Origin: a bacterium
Lineage (GTDB): Bacteria > Patescibacteriota > Minisyncoccia > Phycocordibacterales > Phycocordibacteraceae
Length of the DNA: 34,798 nucleotides
Assembly: GCA_023264495.1 (NCBI GenBank)
Contig: JAHFMM010000002.1
Coordinates: 21,177-55,974 of the forward strand
Direction of reading: 5' to 3'
Shown: piece after piece, positions 16,856 to 25,483 of the stretch
How positions within the stretch are numbered: position 1 is the first letter of the stretch
Layout: each line of letters opens with the position of its first letter
Translations under genes and position numbers: made by a program
The notes under the pieces: generated by a model
What the model saw: only the letters and a program-made list of their open reading frames with translations
Told to the model about the DNA's origin: nothing
Databases searched by the model: none

Positions 16856-17847
16856 GCTTCTATCATACCACCACCTATTAATTCAGCATTTCGATAAAAG
16901 ACGATCGATTGACCGGGCGCCGGAGGCTCAGGGAGAGCGTCTGCGCTCTTGAATACATCTCCCTCGATTCTTCCGCGCACCCGAGGCCCGCGATAGCGAT
17001 ATTGCGCATGCGTTGCAGCGCGAGTGTCAGCCAACCAATTTGGTGCCGTGAACGAGATGGAAGTACCGATTGTCTGCGATACGCGCTTCTTCCCTACCAC
17101 AAGCTCATTTTTTGCAATATCCTTTGCGAGGACGAACCACGGACCGGGCTCGATCGCATCGTGAAGCGTAACGCGCTCGCCGAGCGTGACAGGGAGCGCT
17201 CCTTCGTGTTCCCCGACCACCGTTCCCACTTCGTTCAATGCGCGTCCAGGAGCTATCTCGAACTCATCACGCAAGAATTCATCGAGGGAAATATCCCCAA
17301 GGAAGCATACGCCCTGACTGTCTCGTTTGCGGGCAACCGGCAGATTGAATCGCTCTGCAAGGGTGCGCACCTCGCCCTTTGCCATCTCAGCAACCGGGAA
17401 GATCGTTGCTTCGAGGATCGCGCGCGGCACTGCCCAGAGGAAATAACTCTGATCCTTCTCGCCGCTCCGATAATGTCCGGTCGCAATCGCATCGGCTCCT
17501 GCAGATTTTGCGAAACGGTAGAATGCGCCGAACTTCACCTCCCGATTGCACATCACATCCGGGTTCGGCGTCCGCCCCGCGCCATATTCAGCAAGAAGAT
17601 AGTCGATAACGCCCGCCTTGTATTCGGCGCTCGCGTCAAGCGTATGGAACGGGATATGAAGCCGCGCGGCAACGCGCATCGCATCTCTCCGGTCTGCCGC
17701 CCAGGTGCAGGGCATCCCGGACGGATACCATCCCTTGATAAACACGCCGGTTACCTCTGCGCCCGCGCGCTTGAGCAATGCCGCCGACACTGCCGAATCA
17801 ACGCCTCCCGACAGTCCGACAAATATCTTCTTCCCTTTCAGATCCAT
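16852..17847 (-). CDS. mnmA: tRNA-specific 2-thiouridylase MnmA (compact)
   Basis: SGGVDSAV, GRTPNPDVMCNREVKF, ATGHY, KDQSYFL, DSQGVCF, APGQSIVFY. Confidence 0.96.
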   Translation of the reverse strand: MDLKGKKIFVGLSGGVDSAVSAALLKRAGAEVTGVFIKGWYPSGMPCTWAADRRDAMRVAARLHIPFHTLDASAEYKAGVIDYLLAEYGAGRTPNPDVMCNREVKFGAFYRFAKSAGADAIATGHYRSGEKDQSYFLWAVPRAILEATIFPVAEMAKGEVRTLAERFNLPVARKRDSQGVCFLGDISLDEFLRDEFEIAPGRALNEVGTVVGEHEGALPVTLGERVTLHDAIEPGPWFVLAKDIAKNELVVGKKRVSQTIGTSISFTAPNWLADTRAATHAQYRYRGPRVRGRIEGDVFKSADALPEPPAPGQSIVFYRNAELIGGGMIEA

Positions 17848-17870
17848 TCCCCTAGCTTACTACCAATGCA

Positions 17871-18806
17871 TCAGTAAAGATATTTCTTGAGATTGGCTTG
17901 GTGCTCGGTGTAGGTTGCTGCGTAGTGCATCAGGCCGTCGTTGCCGGTGAGATAGTAGAGGTACTTTGTCGCTGTAGAACTTGCGGCTGCTTGGAGCGCA
18001 TCGAGTCCCGGGTTGCCGATCGGTCCCGGCGGGAGCCCTCGATGCGCGTAAGTGTTGTAGGGCGAATCGACTTTCAGATCCTTTGGAGAAGGAGAATAGG
18101 TACTGCGGTTGAAGATGTAGCCGAACACCGCATCGACCTGGAGCGGCATGTTGCGCGCAAGACGGTTCCAGAGGATACCTGCCACGATGCGGCGATCAGC
18201 GGCGGTGCTTGCCTCCTTCTCGACAAGCGAAGCCATAGTAACAATCTCTGAGAGCGAATGTCCCGATCGGCGTATGTCATCTTGGATCGTTGTGATTTTC
18301 TTCTCGAAGTTGTCTCGGAGCGCGTTCCGTATACCGGGAGCGTCAGTCGATAGCGAGAAGAGATAGGTGTCGGGGAATAAATACCCTTCGTCAGCATTCG
18401 CGAGCGCTATGAACTCTTCTTGCGTGACGGTCGGGATGAGTTCATTAATCTGTGCCGCCATCTCGCGTACGGTACTTCCCTCAATGAAGGTGATGCGTGC
18501 AGGCGGCACGCCATAGTCGCCGACAATCATCCGGCGAGCAACGACAAAAGCGTTTTCCGCTGCAGTGAAGCGATACGCCCCTGCTTGGATGCCGCGCCCC
18601 TCGCCAAAGAAAGTAACGATATATTTAAAGGAAGCCGCGTGCGTAATGATATGTTCCGCACGCAGTTTCTCGGCGATGCTGGTGAGCGATTCTCCGCGGG
18701 CGATCGTGAGAGTCGTCCCGGGGACAAAAGAGAGCGGCGGCGCAGCGACATACGCATAGCCGAGAATGAGCAGGAGACTGATACCGAAGAGTCTCGTATA
18801 CATCAA
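17871..18806 (-). CDS. mltG: Endolytic transglycosylase MltG (YceG)
   Basis: ITFIEG, EGYLFPDTY, MASLVEKEA, NRL...MPLQVD, SPYNTY...GLPPGPIGNPG. Confidence 0.95.
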   Translation of the reverse strand: MMYTRLFGISLLLILGYAYVAAPPLSFVPGTTLTIARGESLTSIAEKLRAEHIITHAASFKYIVTFFGEGRGIQAGAYRFTAAENAFVVARRMIVGDYGVPPARITFIEGSTVREMAAQINELIPTVTQEEFIALANADEGYLFPDTYLFSLSTDAPGIRNALRDNFEKKITTIQDDIRRSGHSLSEIVTMASLVEKEASTAADRRIVAGILWNRLARNMPLQVDAVFGYIFNRSTYSPSPKDLKVDSPYNTYAHRGLPPGPIGNPGLDALQAAASSTATKYLYYLTGNDGLMHYAATYTEHQANLKKYLY

Positions 18807-20179
18807 ACAGGCAGATTATGAGGCGCTTCAGCGGTCGAAGAAGCGACCCGATCAAGACTTGGCGACTCGATAGCGCGCGAAGGGATATGGAATACGGTCG
18901 CCAGCTCTTCAGTGCTCATGACCATCGTGTCGTCCGGGTGCAATCCGCCCTCGAAGAAGGGATCATAGAAGAACTGTCGGCGGCGATAGGCCTCGACGAG
19001 CTCTTTGCGGAAGTGCTCCTTCCGTTTCTCGACGCCGATTTCCCACGGATAATCGTCAAAGGTCTTCATCCACTTCAACGAGTTAATACCGTTCCACCCT
19101 TCGGTGCTGAAGGGTTTAAAGAGACCGATGAGGTGCGCGATCGTAACGGGAACGAAATCGTTCGTTCGTCCGATATATATGCCGCGCGCGCCGACATCGA
19201 AAGCGAGTTTCGAGACGTTGCGCTCGATGGCCGCCATTTTTTCTGCTTGGCCTTTTGTCGGGTTCGGGAACCCTTCGGTTTCGCGCATCTCTCCAGTGAA
19301 GACATCCCGATACTGCACCTTGTTGACAGTCTGGGCGCGGATGTGCTGAACGAGATTCTCCCCCTCATCCTTCCAGGTATACGGTTTGCCCTGCTCATTG
19401 AGCCTGCGGTATCGCTCGCCCTTGTGAACGCGGATGACAAACTGGAGCCAGACATATTCGCCCTTCCCGATTGAGGCCATGAATTCGATGAGGTTTGCAA
19501 GCGGGTCGATCTGTTCCGGCTCTTTCTGCACCTGATCAAGCCCGTACTCGACATAGGTCTTTATCGGGAGCGGTGCCGCCGCCGTGTGCGTGAAGTCGCA
19601 TCCCCACATGCTCCAACCTTCAGAAGGGATCGGGATAGTGCGCGTATAGTCAGGCACCTCGACCAGCTGTACTCCCGGATATTGCGCATACATCTGCGAC
19701 TCGACAATTCGCCTGAAGCTCGCGCGCGTCCAGATGAAGAAATGAACGCGTCCTTCAAACGAAGCGATCTCAAGCGACCAGAAGGGGCGGATACCGCCCA
19801 AGAAACGCGCCCACCACGTCGCCTCTCCCCCGGAGAGGTGGATGCCGGAGAGGAACGTCTCCATAGCGAGCGGCGTCTTTACCAGATTGCGCGGGGGCTT
19901 TATCTCAAGAAGGAGATATTCATGGGAAGCGATAAACTCAGAACGTTTCAGGATGTACCACATCGTGTATGCGCCGCCGACACAGAGGACCGCTAACCAC
20001 AGCGGGGCAAGAAAGAGAGCCATGGAAAACGCCAGAGAGACCTCATAAGGCATGAAGAGATACGAGAGTACAATGAGTACAATGCCGAGTATGAAAAGCG
20101 GCCACGCTTCGAATCGAAGACCGATCTTATTCGTGATTGCCTTTTGAGCTCCTTCAAGCTCGTGTAAGAACGGGACCAT
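18803..20179 (-). CDS. Conserved hypothetical membrane protein
   Basis: 458-aa ORF with two N-terminal TM segments; LLEIKPPR, SLEIAS, YAQYP, EELATVFHIP. Function unknown. Confidence 0.75.
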   Translation of the reverse strand: MVPFLHELEGAQKAITNKIGLRFEAWPLFILGIVLIVLSYLFMPYEVSLAFSMALFLAPLWLAVLCVGGAYTMWYILKRSEFIASHEYLLLEIKPPRNLVKTPLAMETFLSGIHLSGGEATWWARFLGGIRPFWSLEIASFEGRVHFFIWTRASFRRIVESQMYAQYPGVQLVEVPDYTRTIPIPSEGWSMWGCDFTHTAAAPLPIKTYVEYGLDQVQKEPEQIDPLANLIEFMASIGKGEYVWLQFVIRVHKGERYRRLNEQGKPYTWKDEGENLVQHIRAQTVNKVQYRDVFTGEMRETEGFPNPTKGQAEKMAAIERNVSKLAFDVGARGIYIGRTNDFVPVTIAHLIGLFKPFSTEGWNGINSLKWMKTFDDYPWEIGVEKRKEHFRKELVEAYRRRQFFYDPFFEGGLHPDDTMVMSTEELATVFHIPSRAIESPSLDRVASSTAEAPHNLPV

Positions 20180-20199
20180 GATGTTCAGTATAGCAAAAC

Positions 20200-20237
20200 A
20201 AACAGAGACACTCGCCTTCGAGCGAGCGTCTCTGTTT
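20200..20237 (-). terminator. Rho-independent terminator
   Basis: Stem aaacagagac-actcgc...gcgagc-gtctctgttt, with a T-rich tail on the minus strand. Confidence 0.7.
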
Positions 20238-20247
20238 ATAGGAGAGG

Positions 20248-21348
20248 TTATACGGCAGCGTAGCGGCCATCCTTCATCCTCTTGAAATATCGGGCGTCAT
20301 TCAGGTTTACGAGGATCGTATTATCCTTCACGAAGCGCGCCTCCTTCACCTGCTTGATGACCGCATCTTTCGTCAGAGGACCGGATTTCTCGATAACATC
20401 CTTGATGATGTCGCGCACTACGCCTGGCTTGTAACCCCATTCGGCGAGCGCATAGAGCCCCCGACCGACAAGCACGAATCGCGAGTCCTTGATCAACTCA
20501 TTGTGCGTTGTCGCGACATGAGCTTTCTTGGTGAAGACATTGCTGATAGCTTTTGCGACTTCTGAGAAGTGCATCGGCGAACCGTGGCGCTTGATAGCGA
20601 GGTAGGCATAATCGCGGATCCCTTTGATCCTGATCGCCGGCGAGGTAACCCGACCCCACTCAGCGAGCGGATTGCTGCCGATATGCTTTGAGAGCGAGAG
20701 CCAGCGCTTCAATACTTCCTCATTCTTGTACGCATCATTCACTTCTTTAAGCTCATCAAGGAACCGATCGAGGAGCTCTCCCTCTGAAAGAACGTCATCA
20801 TCAGGAAGCGAGGTGTAGAGCCGTGAGAGCGCGTTGTGGATGGCAGTGGCGGTCTTCATATCGACATGCCAGCGCGCCAAGAAGTCGTTTGTCTCGCGCT
20901 CGCGGAAGAATGAGGAATCGAGAACGAGCAAGAAGCGGAAACGGTTGCGGCTCTTCTCATCTTTGCCGAGAGCCGAGAGCAGAGCGTCCTCGGGTACGAT
21001 AGCCCCGAGCTTCTCGATGAATGTAGCAATTTCCTCGAATAGAGGTGCTGATTCTTTGAAGATCTTACTTGCACGTATAGAGTCAAGGCCAGCCGCCTCT
21101 ATTTGGCGGACACGTTCACGAGTAATATGCGAGTGGTCGCCGATCGCTTCGAGCGTTTCTCGCTCAGGATTCGTCCCGAGACCGAAGCGGCGGACGAGCA
21201 CCTCTCGGGCGCGCTCAGGCGCGGCGACAAGAAGACGCTTCACAAAGGTTGCGCTATCAAACGAAAAAGATGCTGCTGCAGAGGAGCGAGCGCCAGCTCG
21301 GCTGCCTTTCCCTGCTGATTTCTGTACCGTTTTCGTACTTCTTTTCAT
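20248..21348 (-). CDS. Sigma70 region-4 HTH protein with C-terminal winged-helix (HARE-HTH/RpoE-delta-like) domains
   Basis: RRFGL...ETLEAIG...ITRERVRQIE (sigma region 4); PMHFSEVA...HNELIKDSRFVLVGRGLYALAEWG. No sigma region 2. Confidence 0.8.
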   Translation of the reverse strand: MKRSTKTVQKSAGKGSRAGARSSAAASFSFDSATFVKRLLVAAPERAREVLVRRFGLGTNPERETLEAIGDHSHITRERVRQIEAAGLDSIRASKIFKESAPLFEEIATFIEKLGAIVPEDALLSALGKDEKSRNRFRFLLVLDSSFFRERETNDFLARWHVDMKTATAIHNALSRLYTSLPDDDVLSEGELLDRFLDELKEVNDAYKNEEVLKRWLSLSKHIGSNPLAEWGRVTSPAIRIKGIRDYAYLAIKRHGSPMHFSEVAKAISNVFTKKAHVATTHNELIKDSRFVLVGRGLYALAEWGYKPGVVRDIIKDVIEKSGPLTKDAVIKQVKEARFVKDNTILVNLNDARYFKRMKDGRYAAV

Positions 21349-21394
21349 GTGGTGTATTTATATCAAACGCTTGATATATAGTCAATATTGCCGA

Positions 21395-23704
21395 TTATAC
21401 AACAAGATTCATGATCTTGTTGGGGACATAAATCACCCGCTCAGGACTCTTCCCGCCAAGCGCAGCGGTAACTGACGAGAGCTCGTATGAGGCGGCCAAC
21501 GCCGCCTCTTGAGAAACATCGCGCGGGAGTGTCATGGAGCCGCGCCGTTTGCCGTTGACCTGCACCACGATCGTTTCATTGGCCGCCGCAACGATGGTCG
21601 CGAGAGGCCATGTCTGCTGATGTACGCTTCCTTCCCCGCCAAGCTTCTCCCAAAGATGTTCGGCGAGGTGCGGCGCGAACGGCGCGAGCATGATGACGAA
21701 TTCCCTGAAGACATCCCTGCTGAGCAGAGGTGTCGTTTCAAATTCATTCAAGAGTGTCATGAGCGCCGCAATCCCCGTATTGAATTTGAACCGATCGCTA
21801 TCTTCGGCTATCTTCATGTTCGTTCTGGCTACTGTCTGTTGAAGAGCCTCTGTCGAAGCGGCATCAGCGGCGACACGTTCGGAGGCGCGCACGATCCGAT
21901 CAAGGAATTTGCGCATACTCGCGACCCCGTCAAGATTCCAGGGATAGTTCCCCGGCTCGTTATAGGGGCCGATGAAGGCGAGGTAGATACGCACCGCATC
22001 AGCGCCATACCTCCCGACGAACTCATCAGGGTTTATCACATTCCCTTTCGACTTGCTCATCTTCTGTCCGTCGGGACCCATGATGAGCCCCCGATTGAAT
22101 CGCTCGATGAACGGTTCGTCGATCTGCACCAATGCCAGATCATGGAGCGCCTTGGTAAAAAATCGCGCATAGAGAAGGTGCATGGTGGTGTGTTCGCTGC
22201 CGCCCGAGTAGCGATCGACCGGCATCCACTTCTTCATCAGCGATTGATCGGAGAAATCGTGCGGATCCTTCGGGTCGAGGTACCGCAAGAAGTACCATGA
22301 TGAATCAACGAACGTATCGAGCGTATCGTATTCGGGCGTCCATCCCTCGCCGAATATTTTCGTAACGCGCTCTCGCAATTCTTTTGATGATGCGAGCGGT
22401 GATTTGCCAGTCGGGGTGAAATCAACATCAGCCGGCAGGAGCCACGGCAAGTGCTCGGCAGGGATCATATGCGGCTTCCCTTCTGGGTCGTACACAATCG
22501 GTATGGGGCAACCCCAATATCGCTGACGGCTCACGAGCCAGTCGCGCAAACGATACTGGGTTGTCTTCTGTCCGCCTATGCTTGCGATTTCATCCCATTC
22601 TGCGAATGTAGTTTCGACTATCGGCAGATTGAACTTCACGGCAAAATCATGGTCGCGCTCGTCGTGCGCGGGGACGGCCATGACGGCACCGGTGCCGTAG
22701 GAGGCGAGTACGTAGTCGGCGATGTAGACAGGGATTTTTTCTTTCGTTGCCGGGTTAATCGCCATAATACCTTCGAGCAGTACACCTGTCTTCTCTTTAT
22801 TCTCGCTCCGCTCGCGCTCGGTCTTGCGTTTGGTTGCCGTGATATATCCCTCGGCCTCGCTCTTGTTTGATACATGAGATAGAAGCTGTGCGACGAGAGC
22901 GTGTTCAGGCGCAAGCACGACATAGGTTGCGCCGAAAATAGTGTCGGGACGAGTCGTGAACACCTTGATTGATTCCAAGGTCGAACCTTGGAAATCGAGT
23001 GCGAGGTCGAACTTTAGGTACGCGCCTTCAGACTTGCCGATCCAGGCGCGTTGCGCCTCCTTGATCTCTTCGCGCCACGGGAGCGTGTCGAGACCGGCGA
23101 TAAGCCGATCGGCATAATCGGTGATCTTGAGGAACCATTGCGTGAGCCGCTTCTCCTCGACCGTCGTGCCGCAACGCTCGCAGCACCCGTCGATGACCTG
23201 CTCGTTGGCGAGGACGGTCTGATCCTTAGGACACCACTTTACCGCCGCCTCGCGGCGCTCCGCGAGATCATGCTCAAAGAGCTTGGTGAAGAGCCACTGC
23301 GTCCACTGGTAGTAGCTCGGGTCGCATGTAATCACCTCCTTCGACCAATCAAACGAGGCGCCCATCGAGGAGAGCTGGGCGCGCATCCGCTCGATATTCT
23401 TATACGTCCACTCCTTAGGGTCGACCCCATGCTTGATCGCCGCGTTTTCAGCCGGCAAGCCGAAGGCGTCAAACCCGATCGGGAAGAGGACGTTCTTGCC
23501 GCGCGCGCGCAGGAGGCGCGCGTAGATGTCGGTTACCGCGAAGGCGTACCAATGCCCGCTATGGAGATCGCCCGAGGGATACGGGAACTCGACGAGCAGA
23601 TAGTACGGCTCCTTTGATTCATCCGTCAGATCAGTGTGATAGAGATCGAGCGTCGCCCATTTCTCTTGCGCCTTCTTTTCTATCGCCTGATGATTGTAGG
23701 ACAT
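21395..23704 (-). CDS. leuS: Leucine--tRNA ligase
   Basis: Start taken at MSYNHQAIEKK; FPYPSGDLHSGH, FTTRPDT, GTGAVMAVPAHDERD, RDWLVSRQRYWG, KMSKS. Confidence 0.97.
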   Translation of the reverse strand: MSYNHQAIEKKAQEKWATLDLYHTDLTDESKEPYYLLVEFPYPSGDLHSGHWYAFAVTDIYARLLRARGKNVLFPIGFDAFGLPAENAAIKHGVDPKEWTYKNIERMRAQLSSMGASFDWSKEVITCDPSYYQWTQWLFTKLFEHDLAERREAAVKWCPKDQTVLANEQVIDGCCERCGTTVEEKRLTQWFLKITDYADRLIAGLDTLPWREEIKEAQRAWIGKSEGAYLKFDLALDFQGSTLESIKVFTTRPDTIFGATYVVLAPEHALVAQLLSHVSNKSEAEGYITATKRKTERERSENKEKTGVLLEGIMAINPATKEKIPVYIADYVLASYGTGAVMAVPAHDERDHDFAVKFNLPIVETTFAEWDEIASIGGQKTTQYRLRDWLVSRQRYWGCPIPIVYDPEGKPHMIPAEHLPWLLPADVDFTPTGKSPLASSKELRERVTKIFGEGWTPEYDTLDTFVDSSWYFLRYLDPKDPHDFSDQSLMKKWMPVDRYSGGSEHTTMHLLYARFFTKALHDLALVQIDEPFIERFNRGLIMGPDGQKMSKSKGNVINPDEFVGRYGADAVRIYLAFIGPYNEPGNYPWNLDGVASMRKFLDRIVRASERVAADAASTEALQQTVARTNMKIAEDSDRFKFNTGIAALMTLLNEFETTPLLSRDVFREFVIMLAPFAPHLAEHLWEKLGGEGSVHQQTWPLATIVAAANETIVVQVNGKRRGSMTLPRDVSQEAALAASYELSSVTAALGGKSPERVIYVPNKIMNLVV

Positions 23705-23712
23705 CGTGAGAG

Positions 23713-24264
23713 CTAATCGCGGAATCGACGCCAGCCGATGTAGAGAAGAGCGACAAGACCGATAGTCGCGATAGCAAGACGGAGCCAGTTCCCTGCAGTA
23801 CCCCAATACTCGGCCGAGCCGATGACGAGTGCAATGACGCCGCCATAGGAGAGACCAGTCGAGACAATCGAGGATCCGATTGGCATGAAGCCCGCAACCA
23901 GAGCGACGAGACCGAGCGCGATCATGAGGAGGAATGCGTAGAGCGCATGCTGATCAGACGCTTCTTGATACGGCTTCTGGCACTTCGCATACATGTCGCA
24001 ATAGCCGGTCATTTTGGGTGATGACGGATCGGCATAAGCCGGAACAGGAGCGTACGCTGTCCACTCGCCTCCCTGCGCATCGCAGGTTGCCGCATCGGTC
24101 GGTGAGACGTTCACGCGCGGACAGAAATCGTCATAGACCGGAGCTGGGAACGCGAGCGCGAGCACGACTGAGAAAAATACATTAAGGATAACGACAATGC
24201 CGATCATGAGCGCCCAACGGACGAACTTAGGGTGATTCTGCACAGGTGTTTGTATTGTTTCCAT
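23713..24264 (-). CDS. Hypothetical membrane protein with a Cys-containing external loop
   Basis: Four TM segments and a 4-Cys loop; TGGTATAAT 8 nt upstream of the ATG. Confidence 0.8.
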   Translation of the reverse strand: METIQTPVQNHPKFVRWALMIGIVVILNVFFSVVLALAFPAPVYDDFCPRVNVSPTDAATCDAQGGEWTAYAPVPAYADPSSPKMTGYCDMYAKCQKPYQEASDQHALYAFLLMIALGLVALVAGFMPIGSSIVSTGLSYGGVIALVIGSAEYWGTAGNWLRLAIATIGLVALLYIGWRRFRD

Positions 24265-24284
24265 AGAGGTGCATTATACCACAA

Positions 24285-24325
24285 GAACAACCCCTCGCGT
24301 ACTTGAAGTACGCGAGGGGTTGTTC
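24285..24325. repeat. Perfect palindrome with 20-bp arms and a 1-nt spacer
   Basis: gaacaacccctcgcgtactt-g-aagtacgcgaggggttgttc. Confidence 0.92.
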
Positions 24326-24350
24326 ACTAACCAGCTAATTCCCCTGCTTG

Positions 24351-24381
24351 TAACTTGCCAGGGAAGTCAGACTTCCCTGGC
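24351..24381 (+). repeat. 31-bp direct repeat, copy 1 (truncated palindrome)
   Basis: taacttgccagggaagtcagacttccctggc, identical to 25445-25475. Confidence 0.95.
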
Positions 24382-24396
24382 TTGCTCCTCGTTCTG

Positions 24397-25371
24397 CTAA
24401 ATTCCAACAGCGATCCATTTTGCAGGTGTTCTATCTTGGCAATGACCCGCTGTATCGCCTATCCAATAACTAAAGTTTGAAGTAGTGAAACTAGGAACAG
24501 TAAATACTCCGTCAATGTAATTAAGCGTACCTGTTATACTGAAAACGCTGTTATTAAATGGCATCGGAAAAGTAATGGTAGACGCGCATCCATTACCTGC
24601 CGGTATAGAACCCCACTGCATAACGAGACCTCCAGGCATAACTACATAACCATTTGCAGTGAGTGACATTTGACCTCCTGTTCCGATAGGAGTCCCCAAA
24701 GACACACAAGCAAGCAGTGCAACATTGCGAGGACGAGTTTCAATACCGCCTGCCGAATTTGTTACGACTAAACCCTGGTCATATCCAGTATTTTGTACAT
24801 TTGCATAGTATGTGCCTCCAGATGGACCGCCTAGAGACGATTGAGATGGAACGCCATGGCTATGACTCTTAAACATATCGGCTTGCCAGCTTCCAAGGGT
24901 ACGTCCAACATCAACACCTCTCCCACTATCTAGACCACGAACAAACTCTCCTCGCAGATCTGGCGTTCCGTTTGTTCCGTCAGCAGGGATCCATCCAGAG
25001 GGGCAGGTGCTAGCTTTGAAATATGCGATGGCTCCCGCTGAAGTAGCCGATCCGCCAGTGCCTCCGCTCGGCGCGAGCCAACTAGCCTTCCCCGTGCCGT
25101 TCGTCGTGAGGACGTAGCCGGCAGGAGCGGTACTCGCGATCTGGAACGTGGATGCGGCGATAAGGTTCCAACCGGAGATTGCTCCCGTAGAAGTGAAGTT
25201 GCCAGACTTTGCCTGCGCCGTGCCGCTCGTGTTGATAGGCGCTGAGGCGTTCCCGTCAGGGGGGGGTAGTTTCGGTACGGTCCAGGCATAGACCGAGGAG
25301 ATGCCGAAGAGGAGGACGAGGGCCGTGGTGAGCGCTGAGATATTGAAGGCTTGAGAGAGTTTGGTGAGCAT
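24397..25371 (-). CDS. Secreted protein with a phage tail-collar domain and a tail-fibre-tip-like C-terminus
   Basis: Signal peptide; GAIAYF...CPSGW...DG...PDLRGEFVRGLD.GRGVD.GR.LGSWQ...ETRPRNVALLAC (collar); NGYVVMPGGLVMQWG...ITFPMPF...WIAVG (tip). Confidence 0.85.
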   Translation of the reverse strand: MLTKLSQAFNISALTTALVLLFGISSVYAWTVPKLPPPDGNASAPINTSGTAQAKSGNFTSTGAISGWNLIAASTFQIASTAPAGYVLTTNGTGKASWLAPSGGTGGSATSAGAIAYFKASTCPSGWIPADGTNGTPDLRGEFVRGLDSGRGVDVGRTLGSWQADMFKSHSHGVPSQSSLGGPSGGTYYANVQNTGYDQGLVVTNSAGGIETRPRNVALLACVSLGTPIGTGGQMSLTANGYVVMPGGLVMQWGSIPAGNGCASTITFPMPFNNSVFSITGTLNYIDGVFTVPSFTTSNFSYWIGDTAGHCQDRTPAKWIAVGI

Positions 25372-25442
25372 GGTGAGTATTGGCGAATATGCGTACAGTA
25401 TACTCTCGGAACAGGTCTTGATATGCGTTTAGGTGTGGATAA

Positions 25443-25483
25443 CATAACTTGCCAGGGAAGTCAGACTTCCCTGGCAAGTTATG
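25443..25483. repeat. Perfect palindrome with 20-bp arms; contains direct repeat copy 2 and overlaps the ychF stop
   Basis: cataacttgccagggaagtc-a-gacttccctggcaagttatg. Confidence 0.95.
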
